This document shows, piece by piece, positions 1-10,397 of a stretch of DNA of 64,000 nucleotides. Position 1 is the stretch's first letter; each line of letters begins with the position of its first letter. The stretch comes from Candidatus Poribacteria bacterium (GTDB taxonomy: Bacteria > Poribacteria > WGA-4E > UBA9662): assembly GCA_046582655.1 (NCBI GenBank), contig JAYGDX010000413.1:64001-128000 (forward strand), written 5' to 3'. The notes under the pieces were generated by a model, which was not told the origin of the DNA, did not search any database, and saw only the letters and a list, made by a program, of their open reading frames with translations. A program made the position numbers and the translations under genes.

Positions 1-370
1 CAATCTTTGCTCCGATCGGGAGGTTATCCAATTTAAATCCGGATTTCGAAATGAGCACATCACGAGGATCCTCCCGCATAGGAATACAACAGATTGTCAG
101 ACCTTTAGGCAATTCAACCGGCAAATCCTTAATGCTATGCACAGCCAGATCAACCGTTTGATCAAGCAAAGCAGTTTCAATTTCTTTCGTGAATAAGCCT
201 TTTTCTATACCAATCAGTGAGCTAGATTGCAGTTGATCTCCGGTTGTCTTGACAACAGAAAAATCAACAGAGAGATCAGGAAAGGCATTAACCAGAAGAC
301 TCCCAACATGTTCTGCTTGCCAGAGAGCGAGTTTACTACCACGAGTACCTATTGTGATGCGATGTCCCAC
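1..370 (-). CDS. hemC: Hydroxymethylbilane synthase (porphobilinogen deaminase), N-terminal part, runs off the window edge
   Basis: Not in the ORF track. Manual minus-strand translation from GTG at 370 gives MGHRITIGTRGSKLALWQAEHV...GLFTKEIETALL...DLAVHSIKDLP, the HemC signature; lies directly downstream of hemA. Confidence 0.95.
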   Translation of the reverse strand, partial: MGHRITIGTRGSKLALWQAEHVGSLLVNAFPDLSVDFSVVKTTGDQLQSSSLIGIEKGLFTKEIETALLDQTVDLAVHSIKDLPVELPKGLTICCIPMREDPRDVLISKSGFKLDNLPIGAKI

Positions 371-375
371 TGTGA

Positions 376-1659
376 CTAATCCAGATTATCAAATCGTTCT
401 AGTTCAAAAAGTTCCTGTAAAATTTGGATGTTCTGATCTTGATCATTGTCAGATGAAATAAAGCATTGGCGCAGGTTTTTAGTCGGTTGGTGAAGAAGTC
501 GCTTTACAATTGATTTTGTCATTGATCGAACAACCTGCTCCTGATCATTAGAAAGATTCGCTTTATTGACACAAACACACAATTCGCGTTCAATAATTTG
601 ATCAAAGTGCTGGTGGAGAGCTTTGATTGTTGGATCAGCTTCTAGCATTTTAATATATTCGTTAAAATTGGTTGCTTCTTCTTTGACAATCTCTTCGCCG
701 GTTTTAGCTTCCTGTTTTCGTTCTTCAACGTTGGATGAGATAATATGACGCAAATCATCAATATTATAAAGGAAAGCATTTTCTATGTTGCTGATTCTTG
801 GATCGATATCACGTGGCACAGCAATATCAATCATCACAATAGGACGATTATTACGCTTTTCCATTATTTTTTTGAATGGCTCAATCTGAACAAGATAATG
901 AGGCGCAGTTGTCGAAGAGATAACAATATCGGTTTCGATCAAGAAATCAAGGTTATTATCAAAAATGGTTGCTGTTCCATCAAACATTTCAGCCACACGT
1001 TCAGCCCGTTCGCAGGTTCGGTTAACGACTGAGACCTCGGAAGCACCATTTTCGACGAGAGACCTCACCGCCAGTTCTCCCATCTCTCCTGCACCGATAA
1101 TCGTAACGGCTTTTCTTTCCAAGTTTGTAAAAATCTTTTTAGCCAGTTCAACTGCCACATAGCTGATCGAAACAGCCCGTGACGCAATTTGGGTCGTGGT
1201 TCGCGTGCGTTTGCCAACCTGAATCGCTTTTGTGAATAGACGATTTAGTAATTGGCCAGTTGTTTTAGCGGATAGAGCCTGTTCGTATGATTCCTTGATT
1301 TGACCGAGAATTTGTGATTCGCCGATCATCATGGAATCAAGACTTGACGCGACACGAAAGAGATGCAAAATAGCCTCAAATCCTTCATAGCTATAAGTGT
1401 ATCCGTCAAATTCTTTCCTATTAATTTGGTATAAATCAACAAGATAATCAGATAGAATATGCGGTTTGGCACCTGGTTTGATAACAGCGCATAACTCAAC
1501 ACGGTTGCACGTTGAGAGAATAGCAACTTCTTCAATTTGATAATGGTGTTTTAATGTTTGTAGTGTGCTTATAAGCTCGCTGGTACTAAAAGCAAGTTTT
1601 TCACGAAATTCAAGTGGAGCTGTATGATGACTCGTACCAATGATAGCAATTTTGTTCAT
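376..1659 (-). CDS. hemA: Glutamyl-tRNA reductase
   Basis: LSTCNRVE catalytic Cys motif, SSLDSMMIGESQILGQ, GAGEMG, DIAVPRDI. Confidence 0.97.
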   Translation of the reverse strand: MNKIAIIGTSHHTAPLEFREKLAFSTSELISTLQTLKHHYQIEEVAILSTCNRVELCAVIKPGAKPHILSDYLVDLYQINRKEFDGYTYSYEGFEAILHLFRVASSLDSMMIGESQILGQIKESYEQALSAKTTGQLLNRLFTKAIQVGKRTRTTTQIASRAVSISYVAVELAKKIFTNLERKAVTIIGAGEMGELAVRSLVENGASEVSVVNRTCERAERVAEMFDGTATIFDNNLDFLIETDIVISSTTAPHYLVQIEPFKKIMEKRNNRPIVMIDIAVPRDIDPRISNIENAFLYNIDDLRHIISSNVEERKQEAKTGEEIVKEEATNFNEYIKMLEADPTIKALHQHFDQIIERELCVCVNKANLSNDQEQVVRSMTKSIVKRLLHQPTKNLRQCFISSDNDQDQNIQILQELFELERFDNLD

Positions 1660-1669
1660 ACTTATTTAG

Positions 1670-2839
1670 TCAGTAAGAATAAGAATAAGTTTGTAGTTTT
1701 TTTTTGATTGTTTGTTGTACTTGATCTGTTCTTCGTGTACGAACTAAATTAAATGTGCACTCGGCTGAACAACCCAAATTATCAAAATCGAAACAGCACG
1801 ATCCCTTTTCACCTTTAAAGTTTTGGTCAATTATCTCTTCAAAAAACTGTTTACGTTGTGTCTGCGTTGGAATTAAGTTCATTACTTTAGACCGAAAACT
1901 ACCCAGTAGGTCAAGGAAATGACCATAGCCTCGACTTTCGAATTGGGTTGCCAGATCTGCTTGTATCCGCTTAGCCTGTTGCCACTCACTCTTAGAATCT
2001 AAATTTGGAGTGATCCCAATGACTAAATCACGGTCTATGACAGTTAGGGGAGTGTAAAATGTGCCACACATGGGATTTGTCATTAGCTCAACAAGTTGGG
2101 ATCCATCATACTCTCGGCATTCTGCGTCCGTAAAAATCAGAAATGCAGATGAGTTTTGCATCAATGCATCATTCGTCATTTTGACTTTGGCACCGCATCT
2201 ATGAAGCAGATTGACTCTTTCTGATAGTTCATGGCTCTTACCAACGGTCATACATTGACGACCTTCTATCAGAAATCCAACTGGATATGGCACTTTAGAT
2301 TCGAAATCGTGTTCCTCCATTACAGGAGTCTTTTGGATGTTGTTAGACGCTGACCAGTGTGATTCATCTTCAAGATGGTTGATAGCATCTCGGCAAAACT
2401 TTGACTCAATATATTCGCGCATACGCTTACACATCGCAGGGCTTTTGCCACTCGTTGAAATACTAATTGACACTTTGTCAAGTACCACAATTGAAGTGGA
2501 GGCGAATGTACATTCCGGTGCTACGTCAACAATGTTGACAAGATCAATTCCATTCTCTTCGTGTGCTTCTTTAAAAATACGGGTATTAGTTTGAGGAAAA
2601 TCTGTTGCAGCACATACAAGGAAAAATCCTGAGGTGTCTCCATCCTGAAATTGTCGGTCACGCCAAGAAACCTGATTACGCTCGATCAAGTCGTGCAAAT
2701 GCCTTGTAATGCTGGGACTGATCAGGTGAACGTCACCACCACTATGTAAAAGAGAGATAACTTTCCTTTCTGCGACAGCACCCGCTCCAACGACAAGACA
2801 TCTTTTGCCCTGCAAATTTAAGAATGCGGGGTAGAACAT
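1670..2839 (-). CDS. Precorrin-2 dehydrogenase/sirohydrochlorin ferrochelatase (SirC/Met8/CysG-N family) with an internal duplication and Cys-rich tail
   Basis: YPAFLNLQGKRCLVVGAGAVAERK, VNIVD..ECTF, ISISTSGKSPA; second degenerate copy starts YPVGFLIEGRQCMTVG. Confidence 0.85.
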   Translation of the reverse strand: MFYPAFLNLQGKRCLVVGAGAVAERKVISLLHSGGDVHLISPSITRHLHDLIERNQVSWRDRQFQDGDTSGFFLVCAATDFPQTNTRIFKEAHEENGIDLVNIVDVAPECTFASTSIVVLDKVSISISTSGKSPAMCKRMREYIESKFCRDAINHLEDESHWSASNNIQKTPVMEEHDFESKVPYPVGFLIEGRQCMTVGKSHELSERVNLLHRCGAKVKMTNDALMQNSSAFLIFTDAECREYDGSQLVELMTNPMCGTFYTPLTVIDRDLVIGITPNLDSKSEWQQAKRIQADLATQFESRGYGHFLDLLGSFRSKVMNLIPTQTQRKQFFEEIIDQNFKGEKGSCCFDFDNLGCSAECTFNLVRTRRTDQVQQTIKKKLQTYSYSY

Positions 2840-2879
2840 CGAAGTCTAGACCTATGTTATTTAGGTTACGTAGGTAAAT

Positions 2880-3869
2880 TTATGAGTCTCTTGAGACAAG
2901 AGATTCCGCAAGATCATTGAGGGCAACTTTAGCACCTGTATTCGGTAACACGTTTAATGCTGTTTTTGCACGGTCTGCATATTTTTGAGCGGCCTCAAGA
3001 CAGTGTGATTCAACCGCATAGGAATCCAGCAGTTGACGCATCCATTCAATTGTCTGGTTACCTTCGAATTCTACTGTGTTGAAAATATTTTCGAGTTGTT
3101 CACGCTCTTCAAGCGTACAGGTTTCACGAACGTAGATCATTGGGAAAGTTAGTTTGCCGTCACGTAAATCTTTAAATGGTTGCTTCCCAAATTTCTCTGG
3201 ATCGGCAACGAAATCAAGCAGATCGTCAATAATTTGAAACGCAGTACCAATCAAATCACCATATGTGATAAGGGCATTCAAGTATTCAGGATTTTCTGTA
3301 CCCAGAATAGCTCCTGCATGACATGAAGCAGATATCAGTTTACCCGTTTTCAATTCAACAATTTTAAGATAATCATTTTGGGATATCTCAAACTCACCAT
3401 TTTTGTAGGCATGAATTACTTCCCCTTCACACATTGATTGGGCGGCATTAGCTAGAATTTCAAGGGCCAGATCATCTGAGCGGCGTGAAGCCAACATAGA
3501 AAGCACACGGGCATGAAGGTAATCACCAACTAATACAGCAACTTTGTTACCCCACTTAGAATGAAGTGTTACTTGACTTCGCCGAATTGGAGCTTCATCA
3601 AGAACATCGTCATGAACCAACGAAGCAACGTGGATAAGCTCGATACATGCAGCCAGTATATGTGCATCTCCTCCTGTATAACCACATGCTTTTGACGACA
3701 GGACAAGCAGGACTGGACGAATCCTCTTGCCACCACCTTCTATAATGTGACGTACAGCGTCATCAACAAAATCGTAATGGACCCGTGTCTCTTCAAGAAG
3801 AATCTTCTCAATCGCTTTTAGATCATCAGCTATAATCTTTGTAATGCTATTAAAATCTAGGTTCAACAT
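2880..3869 (-). CDS. Long-chain polyprenyl diphosphate synthase (IspB/HepT-like)
   Basis: GGKRIRP, LVHDDVLD and FQIIDDLLD aspartate-rich motifs. Confidence 0.93.
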   Translation of the reverse strand: MLNLDFNSITKIIADDLKAIEKILLEETRVHYDFVDDAVRHIIEGGGKRIRPVLLVLSSKACGYTGGDAHILAACIELIHVASLVHDDVLDEAPIRRSQVTLHSKWGNKVAVLVGDYLHARVLSMLASRRSDDLALEILANAAQSMCEGEVIHAYKNGEFEISQNDYLKIVELKTGKLISASCHAGAILGTENPEYLNALITYGDLIGTAFQIIDDLLDFVADPEKFGKQPFKDLRDGKLTFPMIYVRETCTLEEREQLENIFNTVEFEGNQTIEWMRQLLDSYAVESHCLEAAQKYADRAKTALNVLPNTGAKVALNDLAESLVSRDS

Positions 3870-3874
3870 AGTTA

Positions 3875-5161
3875 TTACAAATTTGAAAAGACATTATCCA
3901 CTGCACGAATAGTGCTCTCTACGTCTTCTGCAGTGTGGGCAAGGGACACAAAACCCGCCTCAAATTGTGAAGGAGCGACATATACTCCTTGTCCCAGCAA
4001 TCCCCAAAAATATTTGGAAAATTTACTTGTATCGGATGTTTTCGCGGTTTCATAGTCGATCACTTCTTGGCTAGTAAAGTAGCAGATCATCATGGAACCA
4101 ACACGGTTATGAAAAGACGAAATACTGTGATTTTTCGCCGAGTGTTTAATACCATCAGAGATTACGCCTGAAGTTTCTTCAAGTTGCGCATACACCTCAG
4201 GTTGCGAGAGTTGTTTCAGCGTTGCGATTCCAGCTGCCATAGCCAGCGGATTTCCAGACAGCGTTCCGGCTTGGTAGACCTCACCAATTGGCGAAACACA
4301 CTGCATTATGTCTTTTTTCCCACCGTATGCACCTACAGGTAAACCGCCACCGATTATCTTTCCGAAACAGGTAAGATCCGCATCAACCCCGTACAGCTCT
4401 TGTGCGCCGCCATAAGCAACACGGAACCCGGTCATAACTTCATCGAATATCAAAACAATACCATATTCAGTAGTAACCCTACGGAGTTCTTCCAGATAAC
4501 CATCCTTTGGAGGTATAACCCCCATATTACCGGCAATCGGCTCTAAGATCAGGCAGGCAATCTGGTCTGGGTAAGCTTCGATGACCTGCTGAACAGAATC
4601 AACATCGTTGAAAGGAACCGTTAATGTATGATGGGCAAACTCTGTTGGTACACCTTCGCTATCAGGTAGCCCGAAAGTCGTCAGTCCTGAACCAGCTTTC
4701 ACGAGCAAACAATCGACGTGACCGTGATAGCATCCTTCAATTTTGATGATCTTATCACGTTTTGTATATCCGCGTGCAAGTCGAATTGCTGTCATTGTTG
4801 CTTCTGTACCGGAGTTTACCATTCTAATCTGATCGACAGACTTCACTGCCGAAATCACGAGATTTGCTAACTCAATCTCCAGTTCAGTTGGGGCACCGAA
4901 ACTCGTACCATCTTTCATCACTTCTGAAATTGCCGACAATACTATTGGATCGGCATGCCCCAAAAGCAATGGTCCCCAAGACCCTACATAATCAATGTAC
5001 TGGTTCCCATCGATGTCATATATTTTCGAGCCTTGACCGCGCCTAATAAAAAGCGGAGATCCACCAACGGATTTGAACGCGCGAACAGGGCTGTTCACCC
5101 CGCCAGGAATTAATTGTTGTGATGTCTCCCACGCTTGTAATGACCTAAAGTTGTTTACCAC
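3875..5161 (-). CDS. hemL: Glutamate-1-semialdehyde 2,1-aminomutase
   Basis: [51 protein letters not shown]. Confidence 0.98.
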   Translation of the reverse strand: MVNNFRSLQAWETSQQLIPGGVNSPVRAFKSVGGSPLFIRRGQGSKIYDIDGNQYIDYVGSWGPLLLGHADPIVLSAISEVMKDGTSFGAPTELEIELANLVISAVKSVDQIRMVNSGTEATMTAIRLARGYTKRDKIIKIEGCYHGHVDCLLVKAGSGLTTFGLPDSEGVPTEFAHHTLTVPFNDVDSVQQVIEAYPDQIACLILEPIAGNMGVIPPKDGYLEELRRVTTEYGIVLIFDEVMTGFRVAYGGAQELYGVDADLTCFGKIIGGGLPVGAYGGKKDIMQCVSPIGEVYQAGTLSGNPLAMAAGIATLKQLSQPEVYAQLEETSGVISDGIKHSAKNHSISSFHNRVGSMMICYFTSQEVIDYETAKTSDTSKFSKYFWGLLGQGVYVAPSQFEAGFVSLAHTAEDVESTIRAVDNVFSNL

Positions 5162-5364
5162 GCTTCTCTCTTCAGTAAATGCCTAGAAATCGCATTTAAT
5201 ATTTTTGATTCACACCAACAATAATAACCGATTACATTATAACTTATGCCCGAATAGGCAGCAACAAATAAACAGCGAACACAATCGCTGTCACGGAACC
5301 TCATACTGGGAATCATCTTAAAGGTCACCGATCAACCGATATTTTACCTATCCAAGGAAAACAT

Positions 5365-5394
5365 TTGACAGATTACTTAATAGAATACTAAAAT
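5365..5394 (+). promoter_or_regulatory. Putative sigma70 promoter for the EEP/IPT genes
   Basis: TTGACA-N18-TAAAAT in the intergenic region. Confidence 0.45.
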
Positions 5395-5559
5395 AGGTTT
5401 CGATGCTGATTTCCTCTTAAATCCGGAATAATTTAGATAAATATTTCAGCGTCTTTAAAAGATTTAAGATACATTCCTAACACTTGGAATTAGACACAGC
5501 ATGCAATCACACCTAGAGAGCAAGCCGGTATTTAAAAGTCATGACCATGATTTGCCAAA

Positions 5560-6291
5560 ATGAAGATGAAAACGGACAGTACTACTATACGGGTAATGAC
5601 CTATAATATTCATCACGGCGAAGGAATGGATGGACATATTAATCTTGATCGCATTGCTGCACTGATTCATTCTGCCAACGTCGATCTTGTTGGATTACAG
5701 GAGGTGGATCGGAATGCCGATCGATCCCATAATCTTGATATGATAAAAATCCTCGCGCGTTTAACTAGTATGCATTGGGCATTTGGCAAGAATCTCGAAT
5801 TACGAAATGGTGACTATGGCAATGGAATCCTCACCCGGTTTCCCATTGTACATCAGGCAAATCTGTATTATAAAATGGTTGAATCGTCAGAACGCCGTGG
5901 TTTACTTCAAGTGGTAATAGACGTTAACAATCAAGAAATTGTATTTATGAATACTCATATCGATCATCACTTAGATAATGCTGAATCCATTTTGAATGTT
6001 AAACAAATCCGGGCATCTGCCAATGCCTACGAGGGCAAACCGGTAATTATCTCCGGCGATTTTAATGAAATACCCGAAAGCCGGATGATTGAGGAAATGG
6101 AACTTGATTTTATAAATGCCTCGAGTGCAATTAGCCAACCAGTTTTGACTCATCGATCTACCAATCCAAAGACTCAAATTGACTACGTTTTCACCTCGAA
6201 GGATTGGACGATTCGGTTTATAGCAGTACTTTATTCCCTCGCTTCTGATCATCTACCTCTTGTTGCAGAGATTTCTGTGGATAAAATGTAA
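5560..6291 (+). CDS. Endonuclease/exonuclease/phosphatase family protein
   Basis: MTYNIHHG, LQEVD, GDFN, IDYVF and SDHLP motifs. Confidence 0.92.
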   Translation: MKMKTDSTTIRVMTYNIHHGEGMDGHINLDRIAALIHSANVDLVGLQEVDRNADRSHNLDMIKILARLTSMHWAFGKNLELRNGDYGNGILTRFPIVHQANLYYKMVESSERRGLLQVVIDVNNQEIVFMNTHIDHHLDNAESILNVKQIRASANAYEGKPVIISGDFNEIPESRMIEEMELDFINASSAISQPVLTHRSTNPKTQIDYVFTSKDWTIRFIAVLYSLASDHLPLVAEISVDKM

Positions 6292-6323
6292 AGATTAAAT
6301 TATAGAATCTGAAGGATTGTTTC

Positions 6324-8102
6324 ATGAAAAAAATAGTTTTCTCCGTGACGCTCACTTTAATATCATTCTCGATTGTAGGAGTCATTTGTACTTGGGCTGT
6401 ACCTATCATGGTAATTACTGGTCAAGTAAAAGGAAATGACGGCACACTCCTTGAAGATACAGATGTGATTATCAAAAACACCAATAAAGAAACACAGAGC
6501 TCTCAGCGTACATTCACAGGTAACGAAGCAGGCACTTTCGATTTCACCTTGATAGATTTTACGAATCAGAGTGTTGCTGATATAGGAGACCAACTTGAAA
6601 TTATAGTGAAATTGGATGATGGCGAAATAATTGCCAGAAAGATCCATATCCTGACGGAAGATGAAGTTGAAAGTTCATTAGTTATTATCTCAGTTCAAGT
6701 TGGGGGAAAGCCCTCGATTTCATCGATCGAACCCTCAACTAGCACTGTCAATGGAGGTATGACTGTTATTATCACTGGCAATAGTTTTCAGGATGGGGCA
6801 TCAGTTAGCATTGGTGAAAATGCTATGACAGAAGTTAATTTCGTCTCTGAAACTACCTTAACTGCCATTGTCCCCGTCGGAACGACAGGAACAACAGATT
6901 TGGTTGTTAGTAACCCAGATGGTCGTTCGACAACACTCTCTCAAAGCTTTACCTACACATCACTTGCACCAGTTGTTGCATCGATTAATCCAACAACTGG
7001 TATCACTACCAGTGGCATTTCAACTACAATCAATGGTGAAAATTTCCAGAATGGCGCGACTGTAAGTTTCGGTGAAACAGAATCTACACAGGTTGTTTTT
7101 GTTTCACAGACGAAGTTGATTGCTGATGTTCCCATAAATGAAGTAGGCAAGGTAACAATTCAAGTAACTAATCCTGACAACCAATCTTCTACACAGCTAG
7201 TTACCTTCACTTATATTTTTCCAGCGCCAACTATCTCGAGTCTGATTCCTGATAACGATCAAACTACTGGGGGAAAAACAATCGTTATCAACGGTGAAAA
7301 CTTCCAAAATGGAGCTACTGTACGCTTCGGTAAGATTGATGGAACTAATATATCTTTCGTTTCAGTGCGAGAGATAGCTGTTATTGTCCCCAGAGTTGAA
7401 GAAGCTGGTACAGTAAATATAATTGTTAAAAATCCCGATGATCAGTCAGCATCAATCAGATTTACATATAGAGAGCCAAAACAACAGCTTATTTGGGATA
7501 TTAGTCAAAATGAAGTTGTTGACATCTTCGATCTGGTAATCGTGGCAGGTCAGTTTGGGAAAAAAGGCAAAAATTTAACTGGCGATATTGACAAAAATGA
7601 TATAGTTGACATTTTTGATCTGGTACAAATTGCGAGTCACTTTGGTACCACAACTGAGTCACTTGCTGCTCCACCGATAGGAGACAATCGAATAGCTTAC
7701 CTCCGCAACGCCCTAACCGAACTGAAAGTATGGGAAAAATCTGATCCCGACGTTATTTTTGCAACCAAGTTATTAAGGGATTGGATGGTCGCTAATGGTG
7801 ATATTCCGATGGTTGCAAAACTGTTGCCAAACTATCCAAATCCGTTCAATCCTGAAACGTGGATTCCATACCAAATTGCGGATGCCTCAACCATTAAGCT
7901 TTCCATATTTGACGTTACAGGAAGTCAGATACGTCAAATTGAAGTCGGGTACCGCCAAGCGGGGATCTACGAGAATCAATCGGACGCGATTTATTGGGAT
8001 GGACGGAATAAATTTGGGGAACCTGTAACCAGTGGTGTTTATTTCTACATGCTTCAAACCGATGATTTCTCAGCAACACGAAAGATGATCGTGCTGAAAT
8101 AA
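6324..8102 (+). CDS. Secreted protein with 3 IPT/TIG domains, a dockerin-like pair and a T9SS-type/FlgD-Ig C-terminal sorting domain
   Basis: Signal peptide; three P.I.SI.P...GG..I.I.GENFQ.GATV.FG repeats; two D...N..VDIFDLV..A..FG motifs; NYPNPFNPETWIPY...WDGRN..GE.V.SGVYFY...RKM tail. Confidence 0.85.
   Translation: MKKIVFSVTLTLISFSIVGVICTWAVPIMVITGQVKGNDGTLLEDTDVIIKNTNKETQSSQRTFTGNEAGTFDFTLIDFTNQSVADIGDQLEIIVKLDDGEIIARKIHILTEDEVESSLVIISVQVGGKPSISSIEPSTSTVNGGMTVIITGNSFQDGASVSIGENAMTEVNFVSETTLTAIVPVGTTGTTDLVVSNPDGRSTTLSQSFTYTSLAPVVASINPTTGITTSGISTTINGENFQNGATVSFGETESTQVVFVSQTKLIADVPINEVGKVTIQVTNPDNQSSTQLVTFTYIFPAPTISSLIPDNDQTTGGKTIVINGENFQNGATVRFGKIDGTNISFVSVREIAVIVPRVEEAGTVNIIVKNPDDQSASIRFTYREPKQQLIWDISQNEVVDIFDLVIVAGQFGKKGKNLTGDIDKNDIVDIFDLVQIASHFGTTTESLAAPPIGDNRIAYLRNALTELKVWEKSDPDVIFATKLLRDWMVANGDIPMVAKLLPNYPNPFNPETWIPYQIADASTIKLSIFDVTGSQIRQIEVGYRQAGIYENQSDAIYWDGRNKFGEPVTSGVYFYMLQTDDFSATRKMIVLK
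6706..7470 (+). repeat. Three tandem IPT/TIG domain-coding repeats (about 85 aa each; boundaries approximate)
   Basis: Recurrent aatggtgaaaatttccagaatgg / aacggtgaaaacttccaaaatgg, and NPD motif at the end of each unit. Confidence 0.75.
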
Positions 8103-8154
8103 GCAGATGTTGCTGGTTAAACTAGAGGAAGAACCTGAAAACCATAGAGAGCGC

Positions 8155-9390
8155 CTAGATTTCCAAATTCTCATTCCTGTAACAAATAGTTCCGGCCACA
8201 ACGGTCATCAGGTTTTCTGAGGCCTGATCGCATATCTGATCAAACACGGGTCGTCCATCGTCAGAAATGCCTATAGCAATCAGATCGGCTTGCCAATTCT
8301 TTTCTAATTTGCCAATGTACTTTAACTTCAAAGATCTCGTACCATTGATGGTTAAAAGGGAAATTAAAGTTTCGGGCAAAAGTTCCTCATAATTATCGGC
8401 TAAGAATTTAAGTTCATCAAGCATACTCAATGACCAATTGCTAGCCAAACTGTCAGTTCCAATTGAAACGTTGACGCCTGCTGCTATTAAGCGCATGATT
8501 GAGTGATTCGTATGAGAAAAGTATTTATGACTGCGGGGACAAAAAGCAACGCTTGAACCACTTCTAGCCAGTAGATCTATATCGTTGTCTGTCAAATAAT
8601 TGCAGTGTGCCAAAAGCGGTTGGAGATCTAGAATTCCCAGTTTTCTCAAATATGCGATGGGCGTAACTCCAGGTGGGTTCCATGCATCCAATGAAATATT
8701 AAGCATATTTAATAATTCTGCGAATTCTCCCGTGCCATATTGTAGAAACTCTATCTCCGCCTTCGTCTCAGCAATATGTGTCGAGAGGTGCAGTTGATCT
8801 GATTTTGCAATCTCAGCGCAATATTGGTAGAGGTTTGCGGATGTCGAGTATGGGGCATGGGGTGTGACAGCAGTAGTGAAAAGGTCATCATTTCGAAGGG
8901 ATTTCAGGGTTTTGCTAATCCGGGCGGATTCGTCTGCAAAAACATGCGAGGAAAGCCCAAGCGTTTCTAAAAAAACGACCTTTCGGATCTGGGAGTTTCT
9001 CAGCGTTTCGAGGCCTTTTCCAGAAGAGTGGATGTTACCAATTGTCGTTGCACCTCCAGCAAGACTCAACTGGATTCCGTCCAAGATTGCTTGATTAATC
9101 TGCTGACAGTCATCACAATTCGATCTGGTTGTGATCTGGAACAGCCAATCGGTAAAACGGGCATAATGGTTAACAAGGTTTTTGTGGTGGGTTAACTCAA
9201 GGTGCGTATGGGTGTTGACTAACCCCGGCATGATTACAGCCGATCCCAGATCAACTACTTTGGCGGGATAGAGATCTCGAATTTCAGTGTATCGCCCAAC
9301 CTCTCTGATTTTGGAACCGCACAAAACAACCGCACCATCTTCAATAATGGTACGGTCGTTTAATATGGCGTACTTAGCACGAAAAATCAA
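8155..9390 (-). CDS. Metal-dependent amidohydrolase (aminodeoxyfutalosine/MTA-SAH deaminase-like)
   Basis: PGLVNTHTHLEL, PHAPYS, HIAET, AHCNY, IGTDSLASN. Confidence 0.85.
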   Translation of the reverse strand: MIFRAKYAILNDRTIIEDGAVVLCGSKIREVGRYTEIRDLYPAKVVDLGSAVIMPGLVNTHTHLELTHHKNLVNHYARFTDWLFQITTRSNCDDCQQINQAILDGIQLSLAGGATTIGNIHSSGKGLETLRNSQIRKVVFLETLGLSSHVFADESARISKTLKSLRNDDLFTTAVTPHAPYSTSANLYQYCAEIAKSDQLHLSTHIAETKAEIEFLQYGTGEFAELLNMLNISLDAWNPPGVTPIAYLRKLGILDLQPLLAHCNYLTDNDIDLLARSGSSVAFCPRSHKYFSHTNHSIMRLIAAGVNVSIGTDSLASNWSLSMLDELKFLADNYEELLPETLISLLTINGTRSLKLKYIGKLEKNWQADLIAIGISDDGRPVFDQICDQASENLMTVVAGTICYRNENLEI

Positions 9391-9392
9391 TT

Positions 9393-10394
9393 TTATTTTT
9401 CTTCGTTTCCCTCACTTTCCTGTGTCGGGTTGTTATTGTCTTTCTCACTGTTACCCTCGCTTTCCTCAACAACGGGTGGTTCTTCCTTCAAGTCTTCAGA
9501 AGACTTGAATAATTTGTCTCTATTGTATTTATATAGGGCAAAAATCTGTTTTTTCCCATCCCGCTTTGCCGGGTGTTTGCCACCATCTTCATCCGCCGTC
9601 ATTAAGATCCTTTGAGATCCATCGTTGAGTGTGGCTGTAATTGTCGATGTGGACTCAAAATCGTCACCATCAATAAAGTCATCTGTTTCAAAAGTACTGA
9701 GTGAATTGAGTATTTGGTCGATTTCCGATTTCTTAGCAAGTGAGACAATAGGTTTCAACATCTGCCATTTGCCCTCAGAATCAAGTTGAAGTTCGATCTC
9801 TTCTACTTCAGATTTCATTGTCAAGGCAGTTACATCACCTTTGTTGAACTCGAAAATCTTACGGCTTTTCCAAGTACGAGTTCCTTTGTCAAAAGTTGAT
9901 TTCAGGTATCCTTTAGCCGTGTAAACTTCATCCGAATCAGCTTTTCGAATATAACTGTCGAGGAAACTTGATGTCGTTTTGCCAATGAAAACATGGGCCA
10001 AGACCTTGTTTCCGGAATCCCAAAATTCAGTTTCAACACCGGAACTATCTACTTCAAAGTTGGATTGTTTGTCCGGGTTCTTTGAGATGAGATCTAGCAC
10101 TTTGAATTCGCTAACTTTCTCAAGTATGTCTTTAACACCCTGTTGATCTGCGGGATAGTTATCCATTGATTCCACCAACCATTGACTGCCGGATTTAGCT
10201 AGGATAGTGGTTGTTGAATCAACAGTAATTTCTATCTTGGTAACGACATCCGGATCAAAACTGGGAAACAGTTTTTTTGCACTTTCCACCTTTTTGGTCC
10301 GCTCATCCTTACCCCATGGATTGTCAACAATCAGTATAACTGCCCCAAGAACAATCAGTACACCTAGCAAAATCAGAATTTGTTTGATCTTCAT
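9393..10394 (-). CDS. DUF4340-like membrane-anchored protein associated with Gld-type ABC system
   Basis: N-terminal TM helix, duplicated W...P/NYPAD modules, position downstream of GldG-like gene. Confidence 0.7.
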   Translation of the reverse strand: MKIKQILILLGVLIVLGAVILIVDNPWGKDERTKKVESAKKLFPSFDPDVVTKIEITVDSTTTILAKSGSQWLVESMDNYPADQQGVKDILEKVSEFKVLDLISKNPDKQSNFEVDSSGVETEFWDSGNKVLAHVFIGKTTSSFLDSYIRKADSDEVYTAKGYLKSTFDKGTRTWKSRKIFEFNKGDVTALTMKSEVEEIELQLDSEGKWQMLKPIVSLAKKSEIDQILNSLSTFETDDFIDGDDFESTSTITATLNDGSQRILMTADEDGGKHPAKRDGKKQIFALYKYNRDKLFKSSEDLKEEPPVVEESEGNSEKDNNNPTQESEGNEEK

Positions 10395-10397
10395 GAT

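Noticed and set aside
5162..5559. Cobalamin or other riboswitch near the hem operon (actgggaa motif)
   Set aside because: Motif is on the wrong strand for hemL and the other conserved B12-box elements are missing
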